Shown here piece after piece: positions 16,431 to 28,387 of a stretch of 64,000 nucleotides of DNA. The notes under the pieces were generated by a model. That model was given only the letters and a program-made list of their open reading frames with translations. It did not search any database and was not told the origin of the DNA. This stretch comes from Escherichia coli (GTDB taxonomy: Bacteria; Pseudomonadota; Gammaproteobacteria; Enterobacterales; Enterobacteriaceae), in NCBI RefSeq assembly GCF_965641715.1, contig NZ_OZ282453.1; one strand, given 5' to 3'. The stretch's first letter is position 1. Every line of letters starts with the position of its first letter. A program made the translations under genes and the position numbers.

Positions 16431-17454
16431 TGAGATCGCTTAACAGAACGGCGATGCTTTGACCTCCCGCTGTTTGTTCAAGCGCAATTTTGACAATAAT
16501 TGTCAACGGCACGGAAAGCAGCATACCCACCGGTCCTAACAACCATCCCCAAAAAATCAACGACAAAAATACCACCAATGTCGAAAGCCCCAGCCCACGT
16601 CCCATGATGCGCGGCTCCAGAATATTACCGAAGACCAGATTAATCAGCAGATATCCCGCCAGCACCAGCAACGCTTCGTAGAAGCCATTAAACACCAGTA
16701 CCTGAGCGATAGGGGGGATTGCCGCGAGAACTGAACCAATATTAGGGATGTAATTAAGCGCAAAGGCCAGCAATCCCCAGACAAAAGCGAAGCGAACATC
16801 GAGTGCGGCGAGCATCGCCCAGGCGACCAGGCCGGTGATGATGCTGATGGCTGTTTTCAGCACCAGATAATGAGACACACTGTCAATCGCGCGTTGAATC
16901 GCCGCCATCCCTTCAACCGGACGCGCCATCATTTGCTGAAATTTTCCGGGCAATTGTGGCACTTCGAGCAGCATAAACAGCACCGTCAGCAGCAATAAAA
17001 ATATTGATGACATGGCATTAGATAACTGCGTCAATAAGTTGGTGAGCAACGTCATCGCCGCGTTCGGATCAATGTAATGCGCCAGTTGGTCAACTGAGAC
17101 GTCAATCCCTACGCGTTGCAACAACGGCTCAAGAGCTTGCAGCGGCGTCATAATAGAGTTGCGATATTGTGGTAACGTCCGCGTCAACTCGTTGAGCGCG
17201 GAACCCAGATAAGCTAACAGCAACACCATAGCCATCACGATGATGGTCATCAAAATCGACACCGCCAGTACACGCGGCACTCGCCAGCGGACCATGTGTT
17301 GCACCAGCGGGTTAAGAATAACAGCAATAAATAATGCGAGAATAAACGGCACGATGATCTCGGCGGCAAAACGGATACCGCAGAGAATAATGACCAGCAT
17401 TCCCAACATAATGACGATTTTTAGGCCATTGAGCGTGATGATCGGCTTTGCCAT
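16420..17454 (-). CDS. tqsA: AI-2 transport protein TqsA (AI-2E family)
   Basis: 344-aa polytopic membrane ORF at the K-12 tqsA (ydgG) position. Confidence 0.9.
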
Positions 17455-17865
17455 GCTTGTCCCCGTTTTTTCTTCCTTTGCTAATAATAATGTCTTTTTC
17501 GCTCCGTCATCATAACGAAAATCAAACCGCTCAGGTAAAGAAGTGAAAATATTTTGAGTTAATTCTTAAGCTATGATACAAATCAGGCGTGTTCAACTAC
17601 CGAGGACAATTATCATCCGCGATGACGAGAAGCAACACTGCGGATAATTGTAATATTATGGACAATTTGTTCAGGACGTTATTTTCTACATTTACCCATC
17701 TTCGTACCTCATCCACTATCTTGCTCGTAGGTGAGCAGCACTGGCGCAACGCGCTTTAGTCCTTTCTTCTGCCAAAGCTTGCCCTATACGCGGGGCTTGA
17801 CCACTTTACTTTGGTTTCGCTGAATTAAGCGAAAATTAGAATAATTCTCTTGCAGGAGAAGGACA

Positions 17866-18231
17866 ATGTATATTTATTGGGTTTTATTAGGTCTGGCTAT
17901 TGCTACAGAAATTACCGGTACGCTGTCCATGAAATGGGCGAGCGTCAGTGAGGGAAATGGCGGCTTTATTTTAATGCTGGTGATGATTTCTCTGTCGTAT
18001 ATATTTCTCTCTTTCGCCGTTAAAAAAATCGCCTTAGGCGTGGCTTATGCGCTGTGGGAAGGTATCGGTATTTTATTTATTACCTTGTTTAGCGTTTTGT
18101 TATTCGACGAAAGTTTATCGCTGATGAAAATTGCCGGGTTAACCACCCTGGTCGCCGGGATAGTGTTGATCAAATCAGGTACCCGTAAAGCGCGTAAACC
18201 TGAACTGGAGGTGAACCATGGCGCAGTTTGA
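17866..18231 (+). CDS. mdtJ: spermidine exporter subunit MdtJ (SMR family)
   Basis: 121-aa four-helix SMR-like ORF; overlaps mdtI start. Confidence 0.92.
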
Positions 18232-18547
18232 ATGGGTTCACGCCGCCTGGCTGGCATTGGCAATCGTGCTGGAAATCGTTGCTAACGTCTTTTTGAAATT
18301 TTCTGACGGCTTTCGTCGCAAAATATTTGGCTTGCTCTCCCTGGCGGCGGTGCTGGCTGCCTTTAGTGCGCTTTCTCAGGCCGTTAAAGGGATCGACTTG
18401 TCTGTCGCTTATGCATTGTGGGGCGGGTTTGGTATTGCCGCCACGTTAGCCGCAGGTTGGATCTTGTTTGGTCAACGGTTAAATCGTAAAGGCTGGATTG
18501 GCCTGGTCTTGCTGTTGGCTGGAATGATCATGGTGAAACTTGCCTGA
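18218..18547 (+). CDS. mdtI: spermidine exporter subunit MdtI (SMR family)
   Basis: 109-aa SMR-like ORF overlapping the mdtJ 3' end. Confidence 0.92.
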
Positions 18548-18554
18548 TGAAGAC

Positions 18555-18585
18555 GCTGCCCGCGCTGTCGGGCAGCGTTTGAACA
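18555..18585. terminator. hairpin terminator between convergent mdtI and ydgD
   Basis: Inverted repeat gctgcccg-cgctgt-cgggcagc followed by gtttgaacattattttt. Confidence 0.5.
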
Positions 18586-19407
18586 TTATTTTTGCGACAG
18601 TTGATCCAGCTTGTCGCGAAAACCGGTAACAGAAATGGCCCGGTTATCGGCGCGCCAGCGATCTTTCGCGGCAGGAGCCGAACTTTGCACCCCAATTAAT
18701 TGCCAGCCGTCATCGGTATGCAACATCAGAGGCGAACCGCTGTCACCCGGCAAGGTATCGCACTGATGTGACATCACCGACGTTTGCGCCCAGCCAGTCA
18801 CTTCACAGTTTTGATGACTGTACAACGTATCGAGATGATCTTCAGGGTATCCTGCCTGAGTCACTTTACGACCTGCCGCTTTTAATGCGGCGGTAAGCGC
18901 GGCTTTATCTCCCTCAAATAACGGCAACGGCGTAATGCCAGAAGGGGGATTACGTAGCACAATCAATCCGAAGTCCCACGGCGCGGCTGCGGGAGGTACA
19001 ATCCAACCATCCCCATCTGCTTTTAACCGCTTTCCCAGTGTCGGATCAACGCGGCCTTCTATGTCGTGGATGTCATAGCGCCAAAGACCTTTATTTGACA
19101 CAAAACGCAGCGCCACTGCTTTATCGGCTTTACCCTTTGGAGGTGTCAATAAACAGTGTCCTGCCGTTAATGCCAGATTGGGTGCAATCAGCGTCGCCGT
19201 ACATAAATTGCCGCTGGCCGTTTCCAGTTGCCCAACCGCATCCCACGGTGATTGGGTCGTGTCATTCACTGGCACACGATCATCATGACCAAAAAACAGG
19301 GTGCTGACCTCATCGTTTGCCGATTTGGCAATGTCTGGTTTATCTGCAAACACAAAAGCAGACGTCAAACTAATTGCACCCAACACTACAGCAATGGTTG
19401 TACGCAT
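18586..19407 (-). CDS. ydgD: putative periplasmic trypsin-like serine peptidase YdgD
   Basis: 273-aa ORF with signal peptide, TAGHC and GDSGSP serine-protease motifs. Confidence 0.88.
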   Translation of the reverse strand: MRTTIAVVLGAISLTSAFVFADKPDIAKSANDEVSTLFFGHDDRVPVNDTTQSPWDAVGQLETASGNLCTATLIAPNLALTAGHCLLTPPKGKADKAVALRFVSNKGLWRYDIHDIEGRVDPTLGKRLKADGDGWIVPPAAAPWDFGLIVLRNPPSGITPLPLFEGDKAALTAALKAAGRKVTQAGYPEDHLDTLYSHQNCEVTGWAQTSVMSHQCDTLPGDSGSPLMLHTDDGWQLIGVQSSAPAAKDRWRADNRAISVTGFRDKLDQLSQK

Positions 19408-19682
19408 ATCACACTCTGGTGGGTAATTATGATTATTAAAAGCAAACCCTCATAAATACTATAGACGGGACGGGATGAAAGTGGGAGTAAAATCAGATAA
19501 CTACAGTCAGGAAAGATAAAAACGGGCGGCAATCAGTGCGCATAAAATAAGGATGATCAGAATGAACTCAAAGCGATAACGGCCCACCATACTACCCTCC
19601 GCTAAAGGCGGTGCTAAACGTTACCCGCTTAGCACCGTAATTTTCAGGCGCGAGGGGGCGCGCCAGCATTACTGTTGAAAAC

Positions 19683-19991
19683 TTACGCTGCGGGTTGTGC
19701 AGCAGGTTTTGCCGGTTGCTGATGGCTGTGTTTCTTGGCGTGTTTCTTCGCTGCCTGCGCTTTTTGTTCAGGGGCTTTCTGTTCAGCTTTCGTATTTTTA
19801 TGATGCTTTTTAGCCGCCTGCGCTTTCTGGGCAGGTGCTGCTTTATGCTGTTTTTTATGATGTGTAGTTTTCGCCGGCGCTGCTTTGGTGGTCGTCGCAG
19901 TCGGAGCAGGTGTGGTCGCAGTCTCTGCAGCAAAGGCGGCAGAAGACAGACCCATAGCAGCGGCAACAACCAGAGCTAATACTTTTTTCAT
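19683..19991 (-). CDS. asr: acid shock protein Asr (Lys/His/Ala-rich periplasmic protein)
   Basis: ORF 19683..20018 trimmed to [21 protein letters not shown]... (102 aa) with SD gaggg 7 nt upstream; internal KAQAAKKH repeats. Confidence 0.88.
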   Translation of the reverse strand: MKKVLALVVAAAMGLSSAAFAAETATTPAPTATTTKAAPAKTTHHKKQHKAAPAQKAQAAKKHHKNTKAEQKAPEQKAQAAKKHAKKHSHQQPAKPAAQPAA

Positions 19992-20414
19992 TGTCATACC
20001 CTCAATTTGTTTTTTCATTTAACCCCACTGCGGGGCCGTTGAAATAACTATATCCCTGGGAATGGCAGACTTCCGTGAGTGGTTGGTTTCAGCGTGTAAC
20101 GATATGTACAAACGCTGAATAAATTACAGCGTTGATAATAACGTATTGTGACTTAAGGGAAATTTAGCTACCAATAATAGTAGTCTTGATCGGGTTAACT
20201 ATTTTACTACTTACAAAGCGGTAGAATAACTGCGCATCAGTAATAAATGACACACAGCAAAATGAATCCGTTTATTTGGGTACTTATAATCCTGATGACG
20301 CTAGACGCGCTGCGGGAATTGGCTGGCGCTTCGTCTATTTTAGGATGGCTATTAACGTTGGTTTGAGCAGGCAATAAGTCCGGACGGGTATTTACCGCAG
20401 TCCGGACTTATTTT

Positions 20415-21668
20415 TCAGGCGTGCAGACGACGATGCAAACGCGTCCCGACCAGCAGAGCAATGACCAGCATCAGAGCAATAAATGCGCCGACGCCGTTCC
20501 AGCCATAGTTATGCCAGAAAACACCACCCAGCGTCCCGGCAATACTCGACCCCAGATAGTAACTGAACAGATACAGCGAGGAGGCCTGGCCTTTAGCGCG
20601 TTTTGCGCGGGGGCCGATCCAGCTGCTGGCTACTGAGTGGGCTGCGAAGAATCCGGCTGAGAAGAGTAACATTCCGGCAAAGATCAGCCACAGCGAGCTG
20701 AATAAGGTCATCAGTAAACCAAACAGCATAACCCCCGTCGAAAACAACATCACTGGACCACGCCCATAGCGGGTGGTCATGGTTCCGGCTTTGGGTGAGC
20801 TCCATGTACCGGTCAAATAAGCCAGCGATAATAAGCCAACCACGGCCTGACTGACATGCCAGGGGGAGAGCATCAACCGATAGCCGATGTAATTAAACAG
20901 CGTGACGAACGACCCCATCAGCAAAAAGCCTTCTGCGAACAATAACGGTAATCCCCGGTCACGCCAGTGCAGACGAAAGTTGATAAACAACGACTTAGGT
21001 CGCAGCGAAGTCGGGCGAAAATGGCGTGATACCGGGAGGATTTTCCAGAACATCAACGCCGAGGCTAGCGCGAAACAACCGATAGCCGCCAGAGCAATTC
21101 GCCAGTTGAAAAAGTCCGTGAAGACACCACTAATTAAGCGTCCGCTCATGCCGCCAATTGAGTTGCCGCTGATATACAACCCCATCGAAAAGGCCACGAA
21201 ACTGGGATGGATTTCCTCGCTAAGATAAGTCATGCCAACAGCTGCCACGCCACTTAACGAAAGCCCAATCAAGGCGCGCATAATCAAAATGCCGTGCCAG
21301 CTGGTCATCATTGTCGAAAGTAACGTACAAATGGAGGCCAACAGTAGCGCCGTGACCATCACTGGTTTGCGACCAATGGCATCGGATAGGGGGCCAGTAA
21401 ACAGCAAACCAATAGCCAACATCGCCGTGGAAATGGACAGTGAAATACTACTGTTCGCGGGCGTTAAGCCAAACTCCTGCGAAAGCACCGGAAGGATAGG
21501 CTGCACACAATAGAGAAGTGCAAATGTTGCCAGTCCGGCAGAGAACAGCGCCAGGGTGACGCGCATAAATTGCGGCGTACCGCGTTTAATAAATTGATTT
21601 GGCTGAGAAATGCTTTGCTTGTCAGTGTCGCTTGCCGGAGCGCCATCAACAGTTGTAGTACGGCTCAC
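20415..21668 (-). CDS. ynfM: MFS transporter YnfM
   Basis: 417-aa 12-TM MFS-like ORF divergent from LysR-type ynfL. Confidence 0.9.
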   Translation of the reverse strand: MSRTTTVDGAPASDTDKQSISQPNQFIKRGTPQFMRVTLALFSAGLATFALLYCVQPILPVLSQEFGLTPANSSISLSISTAMLAIGLLFTGPLSDAIGRKPVMVTALLLASICTLLSTMMTSWHGILIMRALIGLSLSGVAAVGMTYLSEEIHPSFVAFSMGLYISGNSIGGMSGRLISGVFTDFFNWRIALAAIGCFALASALMFWKILPVSRHFRPTSLRPKSLFINFRLHWRDRGLPLLFAEGFLLMGSFVTLFNYIGYRLMLSPWHVSQAVVGLLSLAYLTGTWSSPKAGTMTTRYGRGPVMLFSTGVMLFGLLMTLFSSLWLIFAGMLLFSAGFFAAHSVASSWIGPRAKRAKGQASSLYLFSYYLGSSIAGTLGGVFWHNYGWNGVGAFIALMLVIALLVGTRLHRRLHA

Positions 21669-21774
21669 TTGAAATCCTTGCTAAATGTGCCTGTGGATCA
21701 GGCTTATACATAGGGTAGGAAAATCGAATTGTTCTGTCTAATATATTAATAATCTCAAATAAGATGTTTTAAAT

Positions 21775-22668
21775 ATGAATATTGAACTTCGTCATCTGCG
21801 TTACTTTGTTGCTGTTGCGGAAGAGCTGCATTTCGGGCGCGCCGCTGCCCGCCTGAATATTTCGCAACCGCCGCTAAGTCAGCAGATTCAGGCGCTGGAG
21901 CAACAAATTGGTGCCCGACTGCTGGCACGAACCAATCGCAGTGTATTGCTGACGGCAGCAGGAAAACAGTTTCTTGCAGATAGTCGGCAAATCCTGTCTA
22001 TGGTGGATGACGCTGCCGCTCGCGCTGAAAGACTGCATCAGGGTGAAGCGGGGGAGTTGCGCATTGGTTTTACTTCGTCGGCTCCTTTTATTCGGGCGGT
22101 GTCCGATACGTTATCGCTGTTTCGCCGAGATTATCCCGATGTCCATTTACAAACCCGCGAAATGAACACTCGCGAGCAAATCGCTCCGCTCATTGAAGGA
22201 ACGCTGGATATGGGATTGCTGCGTAACACAGCGTTACCGGAGACGCTTGAACACGCAGTCATCGTCCATGAACCGCTTATGGCGATGATCCCGCACGATC
22301 ATCCCCTGGCAAATAACCCGAATGTAACGCTGGCTGAACTGGCGAAAGAACCCTTTGTCTTTTTTGATCCGCACGTCGGGACAGGGCTGTATGACGATAT
22401 TCTCGGGCTGATGCGACGTTACCATTTGACGCCCGTCATCACTCAGGAGGTGGGCGAGGCAATGACCATCATCGGTCTGGTTTCCGCCGGTCTGGGTGTT
22501 TCAATTTTGCCTGCGTCATTTAAACGTATTCAGCTCAACGAAATGCGCTGGGTGCCGATTGCTGAAGAGGATGCGGTTTCTGAAATGTGGTTGGTCTGGC
22601 CGAAACATCATGAACAAAGTCCAGCTGCGCGTAACTTTCGTATTCATCTGCTGAATGCTCTCAGGTGA
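21775..22668 (+). CDS. ynfL: LysR-family transcriptional regulator YnfL
   Basis: 297-aa ORF with N-terminal LysR HTH (MNIELRHLRYFVAVAEELHFGRAA); divergent from ynfM. Confidence 0.9.
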   Translation: MNIELRHLRYFVAVAEELHFGRAAARLNISQPPLSQQIQALEQQIGARLLARTNRSVLLTAAGKQFLADSRQILSMVDDAAARAERLHQGEAGELRIGFTSSAPFIRAVSDTLSLFRRDYPDVHLQTREMNTREQIAPLIEGTLDMGLLRNTALPETLEHAVIVHEPLMAMIPHDHPLANNPNVTLAELAKEPFVFFDPHVGTGLYDDILGLMRRYHLTPVITQEVGEAMTIIGLVSAGLGVSILPASFKRIQLNEMRWVPIAEEDAVSEMWLVWPKHHEQSPAARNFRIHLLNALR

Positions 22669-22802
22669 GGGAAATTTCAGCGAAAAAGTCCGAAAAATGT
22701 GCTGTTAATCACATGCCTAAGTAAAAATTTGACGACACGTATTGAAGTGCTTCACCATAGCCTACAGATTATTTCGGAGCGCGAAAATATAGGGAGTATG
22801 CG

Positions 22803-24023
22803 GTGGTTGCTGAAAACCAGCCTGGGCACATTGATCAAATAAAGCAGACCAACGCGGGCGCGGTTTATCGCCTGATTGATCAGCTTGGTCCAGTCTCGCG
22901 TATCGATCTTTCCCGTCTGGCGCAGCTGGCTCCTGCCAGTATCACTAAAATTGTCCGTGAGATGCTCGAAGCACACCTGGTGCAAGAGCTGGAAATCAAA
23001 GAAGCGGGGAACCGTGGCCGTCCGGCGGTGGGGCTGGTGGTTGAAACTGAAGCCTGGCACTATCTTTCTCTGCGCATTAGTCGCGGGGAGATTTTCCTTG
23101 CTCTGCGCGATCTGAGCAGCAAACTGGTGGTGGAAGAGTCGCAGGAACTGGCGTTAAAAGATGACTCGCCATTGCTGGATCGTATCATTTCCCATATCGA
23201 TCAGTTTTTTATCCGCCACCAGAAAAAACTTGAGCGTCTAACTTCGATTGCCATAACCCTGCCGGGAATTATTGATACGGAAAATGGCATTGTACATCGC
23301 ATGCCGTTCTACGAGGATGTAAAAGAGATGCCGCTCGGCGAGGCTCTGGAGCAGCATACCGGCGTTCCGGTTTATATTCAGCATGATATCAGCGCATGGA
23401 CGATGGCAGAGGCCTTGTTTGGTGCCTCACGCGGGGCGCGCGATGTGATTCAGGTGGTTATCGATCACAACGTGGGGGCGGGCGTCATTACCGATGGTCA
23501 TCTGCTACACGCAGGCAGCAGTAGCCTCGTGGAAATAGGCCACACACAGGTCGACCCGTATGGGAAACGTTGTTATTGCGGGAACCACGGCTGCCTCGAA
23601 ACCATCGCCAGTGTGGACAGTATTCTTGAGCTGGCACAGCTGCGTCTCAATCAATCCATGAGCTCGATGTTACATGGGCAACCGTTAACCGTAGACTCAT
23701 TGTGTCAGGCGGCATTGCGCGGCGATCTGCTGGCAAAAGACATCATTACCGGGGTGGGCGCGCATGTAGGGCGCATTCTTGCCATCATGGTGAATTTATT
23801 TAACCCACAAAAAATACTGATTGGCTCACCGTTAAGTAAAGCGGCAGACATCCTCTTCCCGGTCATCTCAGATAGCATCCGTCAGCAGGCCCTTCCTGCG
23901 TATAGTCAGCACATTAGCGTTGAGAGTACTCAGTTTTCTAACCAGGGTACGATGGCAGGCGCTGCGCTGGTAAAAGACGCGATGTATAACGGTTCTTTGT
24001 TGATTCGTCTGTTGCAGGGTTAA
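22803..24023 (+). CDS. mlc: ROK-family global regulator Mlc (DgsA)
   Basis: 406-aa ORF with GTG start; ROK motifs and C-terminal Cys/His zinc site (CYCGNHGC). Confidence 0.92.
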   Translation: MVAENQPGHIDQIKQTNAGAVYRLIDQLGPVSRIDLSRLAQLAPASITKIVREMLEAHLVQELEIKEAGNRGRPAVGLVVETEAWHYLSLRISRGEIFLALRDLSSKLVVEESQELALKDDSPLLDRIISHIDQFFIRHQKKLERLTSIAITLPGIIDTENGIVHRMPFYEDVKEMPLGEALEQHTGVPVYIQHDISAWTMAEALFGASRGARDVIQVVIDHNVGAGVITDGHLLHAGSSSLVEIGHTQVDPYGKRCYCGNHGCLETIASVDSILELAQLRLNQSMSSMLHGQPLTVDSLCQAALRGDLLAKDIITGVGAHVGRILAIMVNLFNPQKILIGSPLSKAADILFPVISDSIRQQALPAYSQHISVESTQFSNQGTMAGAALVKDAMYNGSLLIRLLQG

Positions 24024-24147
24024 CATTTTTTAACTGTTCTACCAAAATTTGCGCTATCTCAATTTGGGCCAGGAAAGCATAACTTAGACTTTCAAGGTTA
24101 ATTATTTTCCTGGTTTATATTTGTGAAGCATAACGGTGGAGTTAGTG

Positions 24148-24843
24148 ATGCTGAAGCGTTTCTTTATTACCGGTACAGACACTTCTGTAGGGAAAACGGT
24201 GGTTTCCCGCGCATTGCTACAAGCGTTAGCCTCCCAGGGAAAAACGGTTGCGGGATATAAACCCGTAGCGAAGGGGAGCAAAGAGACACCCGAAGGGCTG
24301 CGTAATAAAGATGCCCTGGTGTTGCAGAGTGTTTCAACCATCGAACTGCCTTATGAAGCAGTTAATCCTATCGCGTTAAGCGAAGAAGAAAGTAGCGTGG
24401 CGCACAGTTGCCCAATCAATTACACCCTCATTTCAAACGGCCTGGCAAACCTGACCGAAAAAGTCGATCATGTCGTGGTAGAAGGGACTGGCGGCTGGCG
24501 CAGTCTGATGAATGATTTGCGTCCACTCTCTGAATGGGTGGTGCAGGAACAACTGCCGGTGTTGATGGTTGTCGGTATTCAGGAAGGTTGCATTAACCAT
24601 GCACTGCTAACAGCTCAGGCGATTGCCAACGACGGGCTGCCGCTCATTGGCTGGGTGGCTAACCGAATCAACCCAGGACTGGCGCATTATGCGGAAATCA
24701 TTGATGTGCTCGGTAAAAAACTTCCGGCACCGCTCATTGGTGAACTGCCTTATCTGCCGCGCGCCGAACAGCGTGAACTGGGGCAATACATCCGCTTAGC
24801 TATGCTGCGCAGTGTGCTGGCGGTAGATAGAGTCACGGTGTAA
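24148..24843 (+). CDS. ynfK: dethiobiotin synthetase paralog (BioD2)
   Basis: ORF 24136..24843 trimmed to [20 protein letters not shown] (231 aa), with the BioD P-loop GTDTxVGKT. Confidence 0.88.
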
Positions 24844-26052
24844 CGTCCGCGAGATTACCGACGCAATTACGCAGGCAATCAATAAACCGGGGAGTAGCTG
24901 ATACTCCCCGGTCATTTCACATATCATCAACGTCGACATAATCGGCGCGTGCGTGGTTGCCGCCAACAGTGTCGCCATCCCGGTCAATCCGAGTAAAAGC
25001 GTAATTTCTTCGCCATCAGGGAACCATAATCCCAGGCTACGACCATACAACATGCCAATGGCAAGACCGATAAATAGCGTCGGTGTAAAGACACCACCGG
25101 GTGCGCCGGAACCGCTACTCGCCAGCACGGCACACAGTTTACAAAGGAAGATCCCGGCAATGATCATTAACAGTGGCGGGGCGGTTAAAAAGGATTGTAC
25201 GGTGTTATAGCCGTTGCCCCACACTGCAGGTGTGAACAGGGAAAGCAGACCCACGATCAACCCGCCTAGTGCCAGTTGCCAGGGCGGCGCAAGTTTGAGA
25301 CTCACAAATCCACGATGACAGGCGTTCATTAACGTTAATAACAGTGGTCCGCACAGACCTGCCAGCACACCTGTACTGATAATCAGCGCATAGTCACGAG
25401 CCTGAACCGTCACTGAGAGTTGTACGCTGTAGAGTAACGCGTCGCTATGATTAATCAGATTGCTAACCAGCAATGCCACGACGGCGGAAATAATCACCGG
25501 GCCGAGAGAGGCCAACATCATAGTGCCAAACAGCACTTCGGCTATAAATAAACTGCCAGCAAGCGGGGCACGATAGGCCGCAGCCATTCCCGCCGCGGCC
25601 CCACAGGCGATCCATAATTTCCACTCCTGGCGTGGCGTAAAACGTTGGGCAAAACAGGAGGCGGCAAGGGCAGCTAAAAGAATCATCGCACCTTCGCGAC
25701 CAATTGCACTGCCGCTGGTTACTACCAGCAGAGAGGCAAGCGATTTAACCAGGCTTGCTGCGTAATCAAACTGACCATCGGTTTGCAACGCTTCCATGTA
25801 ATCGGTCGGCGCATGAGGGCGTTGCTGGGTAAATTTCTGCCAGCCCATCAACAACAAACCCGCCGCCAGTCCGCCGAGCGCCGGAGTTAGCAGCCGTCGC
25901 CAGGGGGAAAGATTTGTCGCTGCATTGACCAGACTGCCGGAGTCATTATTGAGGAACAACCACTCCAGTAGCAGCATCGCATGGCGAAACCCGGCAACGG
26001 CAAAGGCCGCGAGAATACCGACGACTGTTGCGATAAGCAGACGGCGGAACAT
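24796..26052 (-). CDS. clcB: ClC-family voltage-gated chloride channel ClcB
   Basis: ORF 24796..26112 trimmed to [17 protein letters not shown]... (418 aa); ClC motifs GSGIP-like and GREGP-like (GREGAM). Confidence 0.87.
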   Translation of the reverse strand: MFRRLLIATVVGILAAFAVAGFRHAMLLLEWLFLNNDSGSLVNAATNLSPWRRLLTPALGGLAAGLLLMGWQKFTQQRPHAPTDYMEALQTDGQFDYAASLVKSLASLLVVTSGSAIGREGAMILLAALAASCFAQRFTPRQEWKLWIACGAAAGMAAAYRAPLAGSLFIAEVLFGTMMLASLGPVIISAVVALLVSNLINHSDALLYSVQLSVTVQARDYALIISTGVLAGLCGPLLLTLMNACHRGFVSLKLAPPWQLALGGLIVGLLSLFTPAVWGNGYNTVQSFLTAPPLLMIIAGIFLCKLCAVLASSGSGAPGGVFTPTLFIGLAIGMLYGRSLGLWFPDGEEITLLLGLTGMATLLAATTHAPIMSTLMICEMTGEYQLLPGLLIACVIASVISRTLHRDSIYRQHTAQHS

Positions 26053-26246
26053 AGTGCGCAGATCCGGATAGATGTGTAGATGATGCATGAGCAGAAATGG
26101 GCAATGAAACACGGGCGACTATTTTGCGGCAAAAGAGGCCAGCCGCAAAAGCAGTGCGTGCTTTAAGAGATAAAAAAACGTGACACTGTAACGTATTATT
26201 GCCGAATTGCGCGTAATCGTCACCATCCGGCAATATTACGGCAATC

Positions 26247-26861
26247 CTATCGAAACAGCGATTTAACCGCGACAGGAATTAACAGTTGTGATTGCCATTG
26301 CGCCAGCGTTAAGCGAGCCAGTTCACCCAGTGCACGGTAGAAAGGGTGTTCTGCTTTTTCGATAAAAACATCAAGAAAACGTGTTGACCACGGAAAAAGG
26401 TGCCATGCCAGCAATTCTTCGCATTCTGTCTGGCGACCATTCTCCGCCAACCACGCAGCCATCAACAGCAGTGAACCAAAATGATCTTCCGGTTCGTTTT
26501 GCTTCATTTCAAACTGAATGCCTTTCTCGCGCATCCACTGACGAAGTGCCAATGTTGAATCGCCAAACAGCACAGATTCGCGATCCAGCCAGACCGACCC
26601 CCACGGCGGAGACGGCAGTGCCCACGGGCCGACAAACAAACGCTGCCAGGCCTGGGCGTGAGTCTCTTCACACTGTGTCTGAAAAGCCGTCACCAGCGGC
26701 GCTAATGACGCTTCTGGTAGAGGCCACTGAGTTTCCCAGCCGTCACTGGTGAGTACCGCAACCAGAGGTGCGGCTTCAGCACTCTCTGGAGCGTAATAAA
26801 ACAGCGCGCCCAACACGCGCGCCGCGACAGAAAAATTATCTTGCTGTGAAAAATGGGTCAT
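26247..26861 (-). CDS. dmsD: Tat proofreading chaperone DmsD
   Basis: ORF trimmed to MTHFSQQDNFSVAARVLGALFYYAPE... (204 aa), matching recalled DmsD. Confidence 0.9.
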   Translation of the reverse strand: MTHFSQQDNFSVAARVLGALFYYAPESAEAAPLVAVLTSDGWETQWPLPEASLAPLVTAFQTQCEETHAQAWQRLFVGPWALPSPPWGSVWLDRESVLFGDSTLALRQWMREKGIQFEMKQNEPEDHFGSLLLMAAWLAENGRQTECEELLAWHLFPWSTRFLDVFIEKAEHPFYRALGELARLTLAQWQSQLLIPVAVKSLFR

Positions 26862-26903
26862 TCCTAACATCCTGAAATGTGCGGGTTGCCCCGCACTAAT
26901 TTG

Positions 26904-27758
26904 TTAACCTGCAATAGCCATTCCTACCGTCATGTGCAGGCCATAAAAGAGCACACGCCCGATCATCTCACCGCCAAGAATGAGGATTAACCCCAGAATA
27001 AGTCCGGCAACGTGAGGTTCACGGCGACGTATGAGCGGACAAAGCCAGCATCCTAGACCTGCGCATAACAATACCACACGCCAGACCTGTAAGGAGGCGT
27101 AATCTGGTACCAGTGCGCTGGCTTGTTGCACGGATGAGTGAATAGACGACAGAGACAAACCTTGCAGCACAATCACCCCGGCACAAGCGATCAGCGCCAG
27201 AACGCTAATGATGGCAAATGGTGTGGTATTAAATGTAACGCGGGCTGCCCGCAGAATTGCGGCAGCAAGTATTGGACCACTCAACAATACCGTCAGGAAG
27301 AAAGCCAGCGTAGTGTAACCGTTATGCCAGGTTGGCACAGTGTCGATTTGATACACGCAGGTCATCATCCAGACGAAAATGACGCCGAGCGCCATGCTGA
27401 CAAGTAACCAGAGTTTCCCCAACGCTTGCGGCATTTTACCGATGACCGCCACCAGCCACCATAGTCCGCCAACGGCAAAAAATATGGAACCGGCAGCAAT
27501 CTCGTTACTCAGACCAGAAGCTCCGATTCGATTCAGCGAGTTAAACGCCCGCAGTGGCGATCCCAGGTGCATGACAGAGGCAATAAACCCGATGCCCATC
27601 AACAGCCAGAGGAAAAACATGCCACGAACAATGTGCTGACGGTCTGCGTCATTTTTGGCGGCGAACCAGCCAATTCCGCTAACAATCAGCGCGCCTACTA
27701 CGCATTGACCCAATACGGTAAAGATAACCAGTGGCCACTCATGCCATCCATTTCCCAT
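26904..27758 (-). CDS. ynfH: DMSO-reductase-family membrane anchor subunit (DmsC paralog) YnfH
   Basis: Six-frame ORF read through from upstream; trimmed to MGNGWHEWPLVIFTVLGQ... (284 aa), starting 1 nt after the ynfG stop. Confidence 0.9.
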   Translation of the reverse strand: MGNGWHEWPLVIFTVLGQCVVGALIVSGIGWFAAKNDADRQHIVRGMFFLWLLMGIGFIASVMHLGSPLRAFNSLNRIGASGLSNEIAAGSIFFAVGGLWWLVAVIGKMPQALGKLWLLVSMALGVIFVWMMTCVYQIDTVPTWHNGYTTLAFFLTVLLSGPILAAAILRAARVTFNTTPFAIISVLALIACAGVIVLQGLSLSSIHSSVQQASALVPDYASLQVWRVVLLCAGLGCWLCPLIRRREPHVAGLILGLILILGGEMIGRVLFYGLHMTVGMAIAG

Positions 27759-27759
27759 T

Positions 27760-28377
27760 TTACACTTCCTCCGGATTAGCCAGATAACCAGTGGTATTGC
27801 CGGTCGGGCGGCTGTTGGCGTTAGGTTTGATAACGATATTGGGTTTTGTGAAATGCGCGCGCGGCAGTGGCGCGACGGCAGCAAGAGTGCCGTGCTTCTG
27901 GCGCAGCTCTTCAATTGGACCGAACTCAAGTGCACGCAGCGGGCAGGATTCGACACATATGGGTTGTTTCCCCTCGGCGACGCGCGAATAACAACCATCG
28001 CACTTCGTCATGTGCCCTTTTTCAGCATTGTACTGTGGCGCGCCGTACGGACAAGCCATGTGGCAGTAGCGGCAGCCGATACAAACATCTTCATCAACCA
28101 CCACAAAGCCATCTTCACGCTTATGCATTGCGCCGCTGGGGCAGACTTTTGTACATGCGGGGTCATCGCAATGGTTACAGGAGATGGAGAGATAATAAGC
28201 GAACACGTTCTGGTGCCAGACGCCATTATCTTCCTGCCAGTCGCCGCCAGCATATTCATAAATACGGCGGAAACTGACTTCCGGGCCAAGATCTTTAAAA
28301 TCTTTGCACGCCAGTTCGCAGGTTTTACAGCCAGTACAGCGGCTGGAATCGATAAAAAATCCATATTGTGTGGTCAT
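27760..28377 (-). CDS. ynfG: DMSO-reductase-family 4Fe-4S ferredoxin subunit (DmsB paralog) YnfG
   Basis: 205-aa ORF with four CxxCxxCxxxCP ferredoxin clusters. Confidence 0.93.
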   Translation of the reverse strand: MTTQYGFFIDSSRCTGCKTCELACKDFKDLGPEVSFRRIYEYAGGDWQEDNGVWHQNVFAYYLSISCNHCDDPACTKVCPSGAMHKREDGFVVVDEDVCIGCRYCHMACPYGAPQYNAEKGHMTKCDGCYSRVAEGKQPICVESCPLRALEFGPIEELRQKHGTLAAVAPLPRAHFTKPNIVIKPNANSRPTGNTTGYLANPEEV

Positions 28378-28387
28378 GGGCTACTCC

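Noticed and set aside
19592-19979. 125-aa and 94-aa ORFs overlapping asr in other frames and on the other strand
   Set aside because: Artefacts of the low-complexity repeats in asr; Arg/Cys/Phe-rich nonsense translations.
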